DNA from: Euprymna scolopes
Lineage: Eukaryota
Length of the DNA stretch: 63,675 nt
Assembly: GCA_053919585.1 (NCBI GenBank)
Contig: CM132785.1
Strand: one strand, 5' to 3'
Positions within the stretch are counted from its first letter, which is position 1; every line of letters begins with the position of its first letter. Made by a program: the position numbers and the translations under genes. The notes under the pieces were generated by a model, which was not told where the DNA came from, searched no databases, and saw nothing but the letters and a program-made list of their open reading frames with translations. Below, in pieces: positions 1 through 13,650 of this stretch.

Positions 1-970
1 TAGGTTTTAACGATTTTAATTATAAACCGTAGCCATTACAAGGTTTATTTTGATCTCGGTTCGAATCGAGTTGTCTTCCTTTAGAATAACATAGCGGATC
101 ACGGTAACTGCCTCGCTTCCTCAAACATTGATTTTCTTTGTTGAAAGACTAACTGATCGATTTACGTGATTTTTGGGATGTGACATCTTCGTTCAAAGAC
201 AGGAACGTACAAAGATTTGTGTTTTTTGTATTTTTGTTAGACTGAACTATAGACCTTCACTTGTTATATTATTGTCCATAGCATTTTAAAATGTAATCAA
301 AGACGTTGCTTACACCGTTGAAAAAAAAAATCTTTGAATTTGTAATTTTTCTTTTATTAAAAGTTGACCTTTAAAATCTGTAAATGCAGCAGAAATCTAC
401 CAGACAACTGCGACTCACGTTAGTGGAGTATTTTGAGAGTCGAGATGTGTTGAGAGTTTACATTTTAGTAACCAAGCTTAAATGCAGCACTTTAAGGCTT
501 ACAGCTTCGTGAGGTGCGTACTTTGGAATTCCACCCTCGTAAACCAGTGTAGAATATCAAATAAATAATGTTTAATAAGTATGCACTGACAAATGCTAGG
601 AGAGATAAGTACAACACACTCAACGCGAATAGATATGAAAGGCGCACGTAAAGTATCCAACAAAATGTCGGAATGATGAAATCTCAAAAATAAAAAAAGT
701 ACAGAGGCTACTGTGCTATGTTACTCCATGTGAATCCGGGCCTTAAATGAGAAGTTAAAAGCAAGATGTTTTTTCACATTACATTTAAATTTCAGTCGTA
801 GAGACAAGGAATTCAAAAGAAATGATCCCAGGAAATAAAATATTGGAATTACAAATCTTTCTGCATCTCTGAGCCTCTACAGTGAAGGAGTGCAATTTTG
901 CTACATGTCACAAAACTTTAAATAAGCATTAAACTAAGTTTTATAAAAAAAACAAAAAAAAAAACAACCA

Positions 971-1051
971 CCGTCAGATCATCGAAGTTAAGCGACGGTG
1001 AGCCTGGCCAATACTAAAATGGGTGACAATTTGGTAACACCAAGTGCTGTA
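971..1051 (+). pseudogene. 5S rRNA-derived sequence (pseudogene or SINE3 head), 5'-truncated
   Basis: CGTCAGATCATCGAAGTTAAGCGACG...ATGGGTGACAATTTGGTAACACCAAGTGCTGTA follows the invertebrate 5S sequence, including box A and box C. Confidence 0.75.
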
Positions 1052-1176
1052 TTTGCTTGAAGCCTGAAGGAGGTTGGACGCCGCCTGGCTATTCTTGCAC
1101 AAACCCTGCATGAAATACTGCAGCGCCTCCCCGACTCGCAGGGTTAATAGACAATTTTTTTTTTAAATCTGAAAAG

Positions 1177-1900
1177 TTGTTTGGTTTTGTTTAACGGCAT
1201 ATCAACCCTTTGTGGGTTATTAAATGCCGAATCCAGTTATTTTGGGAATAGTATTCGATGCTGTATCCAGTTATTTTATGAGATTTTTATTCTTGAAGCT
1301 CCTTGTATTTTCAAGCGTTAGTTCGTAGCTTTCGATTTGGTTGTTTTATAGTGGATTTTGTCATTTTTGTCCTCTGCCTTGCAGAATATGATTGGGTTTT
1401 GCACCGAGAGGGGGAAAAGGGTTACAATATTATTAAGTTTTGTATTATGAATGTAGTTATATTGTTGATAGTGTTTTTATTTCAAATTGTCCTCGTTCTT
1501 AAGATTTCTTGGAGATAAATAACCAAACGATTAAATTTGGTTTGCCACAATAACATTTCAATTAGATTTAGATTTTCTTGCAAATCATGAGGATTTCTTT
1601 TGGTTTGAGGAGTAACTTCAGTTTCCATGTCTTCTAATTCCGTAAATCCATTTGTAGTAGTGGCTTCTGTTTGTGGTAATTTCTTTATATTATTTTGTTT
1701 TTTGGTAGATGTATTTTTTGTTTGTTAAGTGTTTTTTTTTTTCCACCACGGGGAAGACGTATTGGTGACCTGTGTGGTCTTTCTTTTAACCGATTTTGTT
1801 TTTCCTTAGTTTCCTCTTTTTCAGCATCTGCACGACGTACTGGTGATTTTTGTGGTCTTTCTTTTGATCGACTTTGTTTAAATCTGGAGATATTTTAGTG
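1177..1900 (-). mobile_element. Decayed non-LTR element, probably I/Nimb-group: ORF1-like C-terminus joined to a 3' tail
   Basis: The minus strand encodes a frameshifted K/R/E-rich peptide (SKERPQKSPVRR...LKERPHRSPIRL...TNGFTELEDMETE) and ends in GGGTTGATATGCCGTTAAACAAAACCAA. Tail fragments recur at ~15565-15610 and ~16450-16490. Confidence 0.45.
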
Positions 1901-3414
1901 TAAACATCTAGAAACGCTCATAAGTAAACAGCCATGCAATTGTTTTTTTTTTTAAATAGTCATCACCGATATCACAGTCCCAATTAAAGTCATTGCTCGT
2001 CGTTTGACAAAAGCATGCGGGTATTTTTTTCTTCGAATAAAAAACAGAATTAACTAAATGTTTTTCCAATTACCCCTAATATGTTTTCTATCTTTTCAGA
2101 AACTTAATGCTAATGCGATAAACAAACATTTTCTATGGAAATAATGTTAAGTTGAAACGAAAGACATTGTCCCAGTTACAAAGAATGAAGGCTTCATTAA
2201 GTTATTTAAAAACACCTTTCTGTTTTCGTATAGAAAACTGTTTTTCACGTCACTAACGCTTTTATTTACAAGGTGAACATATATTTTGTGTAGAGTAAAT
2301 GAAAATCAAATCACACTTGTATTGGTGGGTGCGATTGATCGAATGAATGGCGACAGAGGTGTATGCTTAATTTTGTTGAAGTCATGCGAAGACAAAGTGG
2401 ACAGCTTGTCATAAAAACGGAGTTACACACTTGAGAAAACAAGACATACAAACTCCTCTAATAAGCTGATATTTAAAATAGCGTAAGAGTTCTAAATAAA
2501 ACAAATAAATAAAAATCGGTGCTTACACATATTAAAAATTACTCACAAAAATAAGTAAAACGCTACATGGAACTGAAATTGTATTATGGTGTTACGTGTT
2601 ATGTTTAAAAAACGACGTACATCAAAAATTGGTAAATTCATAGAGTATATTTTTAACAGGAAAATTTTAACAAATTAAATGACAAAAAAAGTCTCGTTCG
2701 CCATTTTGCTAAAATTGTCGCTGGTTATCTCCTTAAATTATCTCTTCGTAAAAAGAATGCTAAAATATCACAGCCATTATTAATACCTAGAAATCAAATT
2801 ACGATTAAATTTTATTTCATAAGAAAAATACTGGATGACTTTGCGTTAATTTTAGTGTAAGACTTCGTTTTTAACAAGGTCGCATTAAACGTTTGTAATT
2901 ATAATTTTGCAATATTGGGACAAAAATAAATAAACGCAAAAAAAAAATACATTAGATTTGAATATATAGGAAACATAATTTAGGAATACCAGTTCGATGT
3001 AAATAAGTACGAGAAATTTCAAGCCAATGTGATGGCGACAATTCCGTCAAATCAAATAGTTGGTCCGATTTTGTAATTGAAGAACAAATGTGTGTAAAGC
3101 ATTTTCTTCTAGTCCCAAGTTTTCGTGTAAGCGAAATGTACGATGAATTAAAATCAATTATAAAAAAATAAAAGGGTTTTCTAAAACAGAAATAAGTATT
3201 TGAAATTTAATTGACCACCGCAAGTCATTTTTATTTTCAAAAGATTCGATTCCGTGCGGAAGCAGATAAAAAAAAAGGACTAAATATTTTGTATGCGAGT
3301 TCTACATCTAAAAAAATTGGCAGATCGATTTTTACTTAGTTGGCCATGAAAAGAAGCGTTATAACGTCGCACATTGTATGCGTGAATATATATATATATA
3401 CACATACACACACA

Positions 3415-3720
3415 CTGGTACCATGTAACCCAGTACTACCTGCCTCATGGTCGGGTCACCGGCGACTAAACTGGTTCCCCCAGACTTGTTTGGTGAGGAG
3501 GGCGGCTAGTCTCCCTGAAGGATTAAAAATAAGACCTATCAAAGGGCGAATGAACCCTTTTTCGGGGTCAACGGCCAATTAGCACCGGGTGTGTGTGTAT
3601 GTATGTGCTGGGGTGGAGAGGGCTTCCATAAGCCGTGGTGAAGGCAACCTATCTAGGAGAAGCAAATCTGATTAAAAAACAAAGCGGGAAACCAGTGCCC
3701 GCATTAAGCTGGTCTGCAGT
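3415..3720 (+). mobile_element. RTE-like retroelement 5' UTR fragment
   Basis: GC-rich island between microsatellites containing AAGGCAACCTATCTAGGAGAAG...AAAC, a motif I recall from molluscan RTE/SINE UTRs. A more decayed relative lies at ~32843-33066. Confidence 0.45.
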
Positions 3721-3768
3721 TTTACTTGTTGCTGGCTATCTTGCTCTTGCTTGATCTCAACATTTTGA

Positions 3769-3771
<3 letters not shown>

Positions 3772-3841
<70 letters not shown>
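3772..3841 (+). repeat. (GA)n microsatellite (representative; many (TA)n/(CA)n tracts elsewhere)
   Basis: Directly visible. Confidence 0.95.
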
Positions 3842-3845
<4 letters not shown>

Positions 3846-4007
3846 GCTGTCGTAGAAAGCTAAGACTCTGTAACGTCATCTTTGTATAGATACTCCATCA
3901 GGCATTTGTCTATAAAAATGGTCCTGTGGCGATGGAAGTAATTTTTGGGCTCATGGACTTTTAGTGTCTGAGGGAGTGGCACTCATCTGACAAGACGTTC
4001 CAATCAT

Positions 4008-4038
<31 letters not shown>

Positions 4039-4535
4039 TACACGCACAGATTTTATTCATACGGACATTTGACTGGATGGATGCATATAATATCAGCTGT
4101 TTTTATCTAAATTCTGCGTCATCAGGCCATTAGTTTCAAATGCGAATGTATTAGTTCTTTTCTCCAAACTTCCAATCATGTTACTATTAATAAAAAAATT
4201 ATGCAATGTTACTTTTCACTATTAAAAAACGATTGGAGTTTCATTAGAGAAACATTAAGGAGACAAGTATATAATAAAGTTTTTTTTAGATCAAAGTTAT
4301 ATACTATGATTTTTTTGTCACTTTCAAAACTGACTAATATGGTTTTCAATAATTTAAAACGTATTTGACCAAAAAATTCATTTTAATCTGCAGTCATTCC
4401 CATAGGAATTGATATGAACTATATAAACTACACAAACACACACTGCTATTTCATTAGTTGGGTACTGCGGAAAGAATTGGCCAGTTCTGATTACATACAA
4501 GGCAAAGCTCATAAAAGTGTATAGTTTGCTGATAA

Positions 4536-5036
4536 TCTATAAAAGTGAGAATGTGTGCGAGAACACTTCTCAATCTATATACTCAACGAATTCTTCATCT
4601 ATAGGTTTTAAATTTGGTGTATAGGGTATTAAGTGTTGTGGGAGACTTCAGTGGTTTCATTCGAAAAAGAGGAGCAAAGTGGTCAAAGTTGAAAAATTGG
4701 TACTTAGAAAAAATGGGATTTATATCTTTGTAAATTTTTCACGAATGCGTATCGTGTAATATAAGTTTCTTTGTGTTAAGAATAAGTAGGTTCGAAAACA
4801 CTTTTCAAAGATCAAGCTAGCTGATCTAATGGTTATCGTAGTTAACTCACTGTCTTTAGGTTTTTGTTTCAGCCTCAGCTCGCATATTTAATTTTTTTTT
4901 TCTTTTTTTTTTTACTTACAAGAAACGAACTGTTTAGGAAAAAAAATAATTGTCGCATGCACAGTTGTTTCTGTATAAAGTAAAACATAATATTTATGTA
5001 TATCTTACGACCGAGCAACGCCGGGCGGCATGTTAG
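4536..5036 (+). mobile_element. Non-autonomous Helitron
   Basis: 5' TCTATAAAAGTGAGAATGTGTG; 3' CCGAGCAACGCCGGG...TTAG|T. Confidence 0.65.
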
Positions 5037-6043
5037 TGTTTATATAAATGGTAATTGTCAGAAAATAACTGTTTTTCAATATCAGCATAAAGTCTTCGCA
5101 TAATTAGCATCAATAAAAATTTGCGATACAGCACAACAGAGTATCAACGACTATGTAAATTCCATCTTGCTTAATTGTCTTTTTTTAAGTCAGTCACATT
5201 AATAGCTATGTCTAGATGGCTTAACCTAATAAGCAATTTTGTATAATCAACAACCCGACACTTCGTACAAAATGTTAAGACACACACACAGACACACATA
5301 CTGAAAGAGAATGTATTTTCTTTATGTGACGAATCAGGCAACACAAAAGACCTCCGAATTATTTAGCAGGGAGTATAGAGAGGAAGGACTGAAGTAGAGA
5401 TGGGGAAGGGAAAGTCTAGTTAAGGCGTCGTTGAGGGCGACTGTCCGCTCATAGGTTTAGTGGTTGGTTCGTGTCAGTAGACTATCGCCCGTTGGTACGT
5501 CGGCAATTTATTAACTGTTGTCCAAGGAAGGGGGGGGGGTTCAAATAAAAACTTTGAATATGAAAGAAAAATGAACACACTGAACGGGAAAGAGGAGGAG
5601 AAAGCTTGGAATTCATTCTAGAAAGGTGAAGTTTATGAGTATGAGGCGAGAATCAAGAAAATGGCGGTGAAAGCAACAGGTAGAAGTAACATAGACAAAC
5701 AAGTCGTTTCACCACACTTGCGGTGTATATACATATATATAAATGTAAACAAATTTACTTGGTCGAGACACTGGACAAGCTAAGGTCTCGGCCAAATAGT
5801 CGGTTAAAATCATACGTCCTAGTATATAAGCTGTCCGAAATATTTCAAATCTAATGCTGGAGAACATGAGACAACGCTGAATGTAGAGCCAAAAGGCTAC
5901 ATACCCAGAACATCTAGACTGCGACCATGCGGTAGACTACCATTCTTGAACAGGGCTCCAAAGACATGCTTAAAGATGCCCTAAGACAATCCGCTGGAAC
6001 ACCAAGGCGCATGGCATTATCTCTCAGGATAGAAGATTGCCTA

Positions 6044-6081
<38 letters not shown>

Positions 6082-6460
6082 GCGTGTGCTTTGGAAGTTT
6101 TTTTTTTTTTTCTTTTAGACCGTTAAAGCTATATTAAAAAAATTGCCTTTCGTAGGACATTTTTTACCACTATAATCGCTGAATTCACAGTAGTCCTAAT
6201 GTTATTTCAGGGATCAGTTTTTACTATGAAATACTGTACCGAGGAATAAAAAAGAAAACAGTATATTAAAATCATAGCCCCGTAGTAGTATTGATTAAAC
6301 ACCAACTCCTTAAACACTAGAACAGCCATTGGATTTTCTTTTCTTTTTGTGCGCCAAATTAGGCTAACCTAATCCTAACCTATTCACTTTATCGAAAAAC
6401 AGTCTTCCTTACCCTATTATCAATCCTTATCTGCAAAAATGGAAAGTATTTACAAGGCTG

Positions 6461-6524
<64 letters not shown>

Positions 6525-7085
6525 CACACACATAACTTGTATTATTGTTTCCTAGAGATAAATCCAGTGAAACTCGTGATTCTAGATAGTGTCCATTAAC
6601 AACCAAAGCTCTAATATAGTATGTTTATTCATACAAATATTACTAACTACATATGTGCATACATATTTATACTGCGGTTTTATTCAAAGTCCATTATCAT
6701 CTAGCGATTATAAAGGCACATATGCATATACACGCGTGTGTATATATGACATCAACATTTGCGTGTCTATGTATAAATACGTGACTGTGAGGATGTATAC
6801 TTTACTATTTCTATTACACTTCGTTCCTATCCCTCCGACCAAAACGCCTCCTGAGAATGTAATCCACTCATTGCTTTCAGTAAATGTATAGTGGTCAAAT
6901 GATACTTGATTTTATTCAAAGTTGTAGTTGAAATATGGGTGCATCTATGTACCAATTATATATATATATATATATATATATATGATATGATTAAAAAGAT
7001 GCGTTTGCAACAATGGAATGCCGCACAAACGTTTCAAAGAAATAAAAGCAACATTAACTATCTTGCAAAAGACTGTTAATGTAAA

Positions 7086-7485
7086 TCTAATATATAAAAT
7101 ACTATAAGTCAGTTAGAAAAATATGGGGACAATTTCTAAAACTAAAAGTTGAAGAGCAGCTCTAGGAGCCTCAAATGATTCGATTTTTATGGACTTTTTT
7201 ACGGGCCAGTTAAAATAATTTTAAGAGAGTTAAAAATGGGTCAACATTGAAAAAATCGGTTAATCATTTGTAGATTCATCTTAGTTTATTTTTAATCAGT
7301 TCGTATGCGTGTCACGTTGGTACAGTTGTAACATCAACTTTGAATGCTATAGTTTCGGTTCAAGCTGATGGCACCCAATTTTTTCTTTTTATATTTGTAA
7401 TCACCGCTATAATATATACGAAATCTGGACAAATAAAACATGCTTAAGCGTATTTTACGCCCGGGCAAAGCCGCTCCCTCGCTAG
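7086..7485 (+). mobile_element. Non-autonomous Helitron, both ends present
   Basis: A|TCTAATATATAAA 5' end; 3' CCCGGGCAAAGCCG hairpin remnant then CTAG|T. Internal sequence is shared with 46781-47150. Confidence 0.75.
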
Positions 7486-9644
7486 TGTCACCTATAGTTA
7501 AAGGGAAACAAAGCGAACGCAGGAAAGTTAACATGAAGCAGTTTCTAAAAGTTATGTTTTATTTTTTAAATTGGAAATAACCGAAAACCAACAAAATCTT
7601 ATATACATATATTTGCTTTTCAATAAAGTTCATAAATTTCAATCGAACTAAACCGATACTTATCGGACTGAAATGCAGGGTTAAAAAAAAAGACCCAAAC
7701 CAAACAGAACTTTCATGAACAAAGTTTCTTTTCAAGAACTACAAGTCTGCGAATCATAATCACAGGACTGCTTCCCCAGTTGATTAGACTGCTTCCCCAG
7801 TTGATTAAACATGACTGTTTTCAAGTCCAGTATAAACAAATTTTTCTCGAGCTGTCAAATTTTGTCCAGTTTCACTCACACACTCCAATTCCTCACATGT
7901 CTCACTGTTCGCCTTATTAACCTTTAATGACTTTAGAGCCTGGATAAACGGTTACTAAGTACAAACAAATGCGAAAAAAATGCCATAATCAACTGTAAAA
8001 CACAAACTAATTCATTAATAATCAAATGTAATCACAAAGGAATTAAGTGGCTTATTGTCCATGACAACGCGTTAAAGATTTTGCTAACAAGTGAACAAAT
8101 TGAAAATCGAACGTCATAAAAAATAATTCAATATTATGTCTATACTTGCCCAGTTCAATGTCGTTATGTTTATTTTTGAATAATCTCTACATTAATGACA
8201 ATGTTTGAATGTGTGTGCTCTATATATGTAGCGGACAATAATGAATAATAGTTATGAAAATATGTCAGAGCTAGACAGGGAGAGTAAGAGGGGGCTAGAA
8301 GGAGAGGGAGAACTAAAGCTGGAGTTTAATAGTATATTGTGGAGATTGTCAACCTTTTGACCGAATTGTCAAAAAAAAAAATGAATAAAAATAAAGATCT
8401 GAAATCAATCAATCGTCATTTAGACATTGCCGCTTCTCCTCGCAATCAGCTTCCGGTCCGTCGTATGTTCTCGGGAAAGAAAAAATAGGGATATCGATTT
8501 ATTAACAGCATAAGGAGAATGCTTCATCATTGCCAAAAGGGAGTTAGTCGTGTTGTGTAACTCATTGCTTTTAAATGGCACACAGATGGGCGTCCCATAT
8601 TAAATTATTAGACAACGTAACCGATTTGTCTAAACATCTTTACAAGAGATGGTTTGTGGTTCTTAAGTTTTGCATGTTCATCGGAAGCCATACAGATTGA
8701 ATTGATGAAGCATCTTAAATCCGAATTCGTTTTGGGGGGGGTGACAACAAGGGACGCTAAAACCAGGTCATGTCTCAAATGCTTTTCTTCGCCAAATATT
8801 TCAATCTCATGTTCTTGCAATGTCCCGTTACAACGACGTCTTCGATATTTAGGTATGAAGCTCATCGTCCGAAAGATATCAAATTGCCGTGATAAACCTC
8901 CCTATATAATTTTTTGAATGGACCGAGCATGTCGCTGTACAGCTGATAGTATTTATTTCCTCACGCTGGGAAAACTAGCATGAAAGTGTTGTATCTGTTC
9001 TATTCAAAGATATTATTAGGTGATCTACATTCGCATCGAATGTCCATATAATAGCAATACTCCATAGCGGGAAACATAAAATACGGCTTAAAACCGCCAA
9101 AAAGAGTCATTTTAAAGTTAAAAGGATACGAAGGATACGTTTACCTTTCTTTCACGACAGAAAAGTGTGCCACAAGTTTGAGGAGGTGAGATTTGAAAAG
9201 CCAATCTGGCCGGTGATAAAAAAAATATCTAAAGAGCCCACATCACCACTCTCCAGTAGAGGCGCCCTAGGTGATTAGCAATGAACTAACCCCCTCTCAA
9301 AGAGGGAGAAAGAAAAACATGGGAAGTGGATCTCTCAGAACGGCACAAGACCACATATAGAAAAAAAAATCCTCTCAGCATTTTCCTAGACACTGATGGC
9401 TTTTTTGACCAGGAAAAATTCCTGGTTCAGATAACACTGAGATCCCAAAAAATGGTTGGCCTTTGACTGTGGAATCGCGATTGACTCACTATCTCGCGCG
9501 ACCTTGTTTAGAACAGTTGTGCGTTGGTCACTATTTGTTATAATGGTGGGGGGGAACAGGAGAAGAGGCTGCTCACCTCGATCAAGGTAAACGCCGCTGT
9601 AATAACAACGTATTCATCCATCTCATACGTTTTAATTGAAATAG

Positions 9645-10385
9645 TTTTTTTTTTTTTTTTTTTTTTACAAAGGCATCACCACATTATCAAGGCCCAGAGG
9701 CCACTCAAGGATAAGGGTTAAAGAGTGTACAGTAGAAATTGGTCAATATAGTAATCATTAGTAATGAAAATTTGGTAAATTTAATAACTTATATGGAACG
9801 GCTCATCAAGAACTTATTTACTTTAGACTTGAACACAACCATATTGTAGTCAGCCGGAAAGCAGGAAAACGGAAGACAATTCCACAGGCGTGCAGTTCTA
9901 AGAAAGAAGCTTTGTTCATGGAATCTACGTTTAGGTTTAGCCACAGATAAAGAGTGGGGGAAATTATTGATAGTGTTTACAGCTAGACGAGTGTTTCTTG
10001 TGAAAGTTTGGCGAGGGGGGACCAAAGATTGAAGCTCAGTTGAACACTTTCCATGAAAATAACGATACATCAGAGACAAACTCGCAACATCTCTTCTGTG
10101 AGATAGAGGTTGCAAGGAGGAGAAAAGGACATCTCCTACGAGGCTACGAAGTCTATTTTGAACTCTATCAAGGCAGGACAAGTCCTTTCTAGCAGCTCCT
10201 GCCCAGATGTGGCAACAGTATTCCATCCTTGGACGTACCTGGCTCTTATATAGGTAGAGAATAGCATCAGCAGTGAGATATCTACTGGATCGATAGAAAG
10301 ATCCCACCATTTTTCCAGCGGCCTTGGCAACAGATTTGATATACGTGTTCCATTTAAGATCAGGAGTAATGGTCAAGCCCAGAAG
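9645..10385 (-). mobile_element. 5'-truncated LINE (L2/Crack/Daphne-like): ORF2 C-terminus, 3' UTR and poly(A)
   Basis: ORF 9789-10376 contains LYKSQVRPRMEYCCHIWAG, LQPLSHRRDVASL, FFLRTARLWN and FKSKVN, typical post-RT segments. The T-run at 9645-9666 is the poly(A) tail. Confidence 0.85.
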
Positions 10386-10774
10386 CTTGTCAAATTGAAG
10401 AACATTACGTCATGCCACACAATGAAGCGTGTAAATATCTTCAATAATCTTTAAAAAATTGAAAATCAAATATAGGAACTAGTCTTGGAAACATACCAGA
10501 AAAAAAAAACACTCAGAAATAATATTCTTACAGCTACATAACTTAAAAACCGAGCTATTAAATTCGACAAGAAAAAAGAAGCAACCTTAGAAGTTAGTGT
10601 TCCTAATTATGTTGGGCTGAACAGAACTGAAGAGAACAGATAACGAAATAACGTTTTTACGACATTAAAAGAAACTGGCATCTTAGATCTCCATTTCAGA
10701 AATTGAAGAGGCAACAAACTCATGAAAGGATTAAAAAATAGTACACACATTTGTACTTAAAGGGACGGGTAGAA

Positions 10775-11045
10775 TTTTTTTTTCATACGCATCACCACTT
10801 ATCAAGACCAAGAGGCCACTCGAGGATAAGGGTTAAAGAGTGTACAGAAAAAAAATTAGACAATATAGTAATCGTTAGTAATGGAAATTCGGTGAATTTG
10901 TAAACTTATACGGAACGGCTCATCAAAAACTTGTTTACGTTAGACTTGAAAACAACCATATTGTAGTCAGCTGGAAAGTAGGAAAACGGAAGACAATTCC
11001 ATAGGTGTGCATTTCTAAGAAAGAATCTTTGTTCATGGAATTTAC
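10775..11045 (-). mobile_element. Short 3'-end copy of the same LINE
   Basis: Colinear with 9660-9928 (GCATCACCAC-TTATCAAG...GGCCACTC...GGATAAGGGTTAAAGAGTGTACAG). Confidence 0.9.
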
Positions 11046-11159
11046 AAAAAAAAAAAAAAAAAAAAAAACTCATTTAGAATATTTGAGATGTCTTGTCTAT
11101 GCCGAGCATCCGATAAGCTGCCCTATCCTAAGTTAGACCAAAAAGATATTTTAGATGAT

Positions 11160-11345
11160 TGATATTATTCGAATTGCTATTCTCGTTGTGATTTACAACG
11201 TTTCGCTTAATGTAACCTCGAATCATTCCGAATTCGGGAATTCTGAGTAGAAAGTTGCCAAGTTTGAAATGATGTACCTAGAGAAGGCCGGAATTTACAT
11301 CGGCCAAACATTAGCATTACAATAATTAATATATGGATAGTAGAT
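11160..11345. mobile_element. Same family, decayed, with two outward-facing hammerhead-like motifs
   Basis: Left ACAACGTTTCG (reverse complement CGAAACGTTGT); right CCTAGAGAAGGCCG..CGGCCAAACATT. Confidence 0.45.
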
Positions 11346-13574
11346 AGAATAGCCAAATGTTGCAAATTGTATATTTTTATGGTTAAAATTCTCTTCGATA
11401 AAAGGAGGCTAAACGAAATCTTGGTTCATCCTGAAAAATTAATTTTCAGTGATGTTAATTTTTCATTGTACTACTAAAGGCTTACAAATAAAAAAAATAA
11501 AAAAAGCACGACGTGGATTTGTAGCCAAATGTCAAGTTAATTTTTATAATCGGATTTTTTTTTTTATTTAAAACAAAACGCAAAGCGGATTTGTCGAAAA
11601 AAATTAAACATAATCGTTGTCCCTGGGACACAAATAGATTCGCGATTCTTTTTTATGGGGGAGGGGGCTGAGGATAGAGTGCGTTTAGTCATTTCTGGTT
11701 ATTGATTATACAGTCGTCTCAAATCGCATTTTCACCCCGTAACGAACTCATCTGTTCTGGTACACTTCAGTTGTCCTGCCGTCGTTTAGTAAAAAGGAAA
11801 TCCTTAGAGACAGAGCCATTTTTTTAAAAAATTTATTCTAATGCAAAGTTTTTCTCATTAAAATTTGACCATTCAAACATGTTAGAATGTTTTTTTTCTG
11901 ATTTCCCTTTTCACTGTGCCGTTTTATTTATGGTAAGTGACAATTGAAGGACGTTAAGATACATGTACTCCTCTATTTATGTTCAGTCATATTTTGGAAA
12001 CTGACTACTGTGAGGAGTCCAGATTTATAGTGGCAACCAGAGTGAACGGCAACAATATATTTATTCATGCATTTATATTTTTACATGCGAGTACGATCGG
12101 TGGAAATAGAACAAAAACAAAACAAAAAATTCTAAACTAAACGATCCGAGAAAAGCTTTTGAGGCAGTTTATAGTGAAGGCTAGGATTTACCGTCAAATT
12201 GGATGGGTCGGATTTATTTACGCCAAAGATTTCGAAGTACAGTAAGTTTATCGAAGCCCATTCGGTAGAAAAAGTGTATAACAGGGAGATGTGAGCGCAA
12301 CACTTCTGCAGTGTAACAGGCGCATGAATGTCTTGCCGAATATAGTATTAGCCTATGTAAAAAAATCTAACTCGCAAACTGATAGAGTCGATTGAAAACG
12401 TAACAACTGACTCTCGAGTTGGATTTAAAAAAATGACTCATTTTTATCTCCTTTATATTTACAACAAGTACTGAATGCTCGCGGGATTTTAATTAACTCA
12501 AAGGTATTTTGCTCTCATGCTGTAGTAGTCAGCTTTTCTGTACAATATTGCAAGATTAAAAAAAATGGAAAGGATTTTAATCAATATTTTTCAATGTTTG
12601 TGGGATTTGTCAACCCTAATTAAGGACACAAACATGATATGGGCTGACAACGTCAGATGGCAGAAAAACCTTGGAAAAACAAACATCCATCGGGAAATTT
12701 CCACTGACAAAAGATGTTCCCGTTTTGTAAGGCGCGCAGATCGTGGAAGAAAATAAATTGGACAGATATCTAAATTGGCTCGTCATTTTCAGAAAAAAAT
12801 TAATGCGTAAAACTTTGGAAAAAATCTTTTTGTTTTTTCTTGTTAAATCAAAACAGGACACATTGCTACCGAAACATGAGAGGCTACAGTGAATTAATGG
12901 CCAGATGTACAGAGGACATGCAACGTAGTTAGATGCTTGTGCACTTTGTATTATTGCATGTTGGTACAGTTTAGGAAACCGGAAGCAGAGGGGCAATTCC
13001 AATGGCAAGCAGTTCGAGGAAAGATGTTATTGCAGTAATAAAGTTTCCGGCATCTGGAAAAATCTACCGCGAAGGGGGAAGATTCTGCTGTTGGTTGGGT
13101 ACATTAGCGTTCAGAGAGCAGAACTTCATAATTCATCGGAGGACCAAACGTTAAATTACTTGTAAAAGAAACATAGGAATTCAACATTGCGGCGATGGGA
13201 CAGAGTCTGATAGTGTGAGATTTATAAAGTCAGATGACCCCTTTTATGGAAACTGTCCAAGCACGAGACCTCATGAAGATACGATAACACATCTATAGCA
13301 TCAGTTTTACAATATATATCTATTATAATAAATCCATAGTCCTCTGTTCACAATGACGTTATATCATTCGGTATATAATGTCATGACGTCATAACAAATG
13401 ACATGTATAACATGTACGGAAAGGGGTAAAAAAAATCAAAGTAAAAATTCCCCGGAGAGCTTCGTACAGTCTACTAGCGTATATATAACTAAATAATATT
13501 GGGCTCTAATACCACGCTAGACAAGTTATCACACCAGCCATTATCCCATAACGCTACACATCCACCATTAGCTA

Positions 13575-13650
13575 ATGCATGCAATGTTGTTGCGACATCT
13601 GGGCTGGTGCACCAATCACTTGTCTATTCCTCTTGGACTGTCCGTCACGC
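13575..13650 (+). mobile_element. LINE ORF2 fragment
   Basis: CMQCCCDIWAGAPITCLFLLD resembles RMEYCCHIWAGAARKDLSCLD. Confidence 0.6.

Noticed and set aside
7767-7808. 21-bp tandem duplication (also a ~28-bp one at ~61270-61327)
   Set aside because: Ordinary slippage duplications.
8608-9600. ORFs and a GC-richer stretch beside the LINE
   Set aside because: Probably old retroelement debris (an MEYC-like motif on the minus strand) but not assignable.
12565-13150. Possible decayed Tc1-like transposase
   Set aside because: Only vague motif resemblance; no continuous DDE frame.
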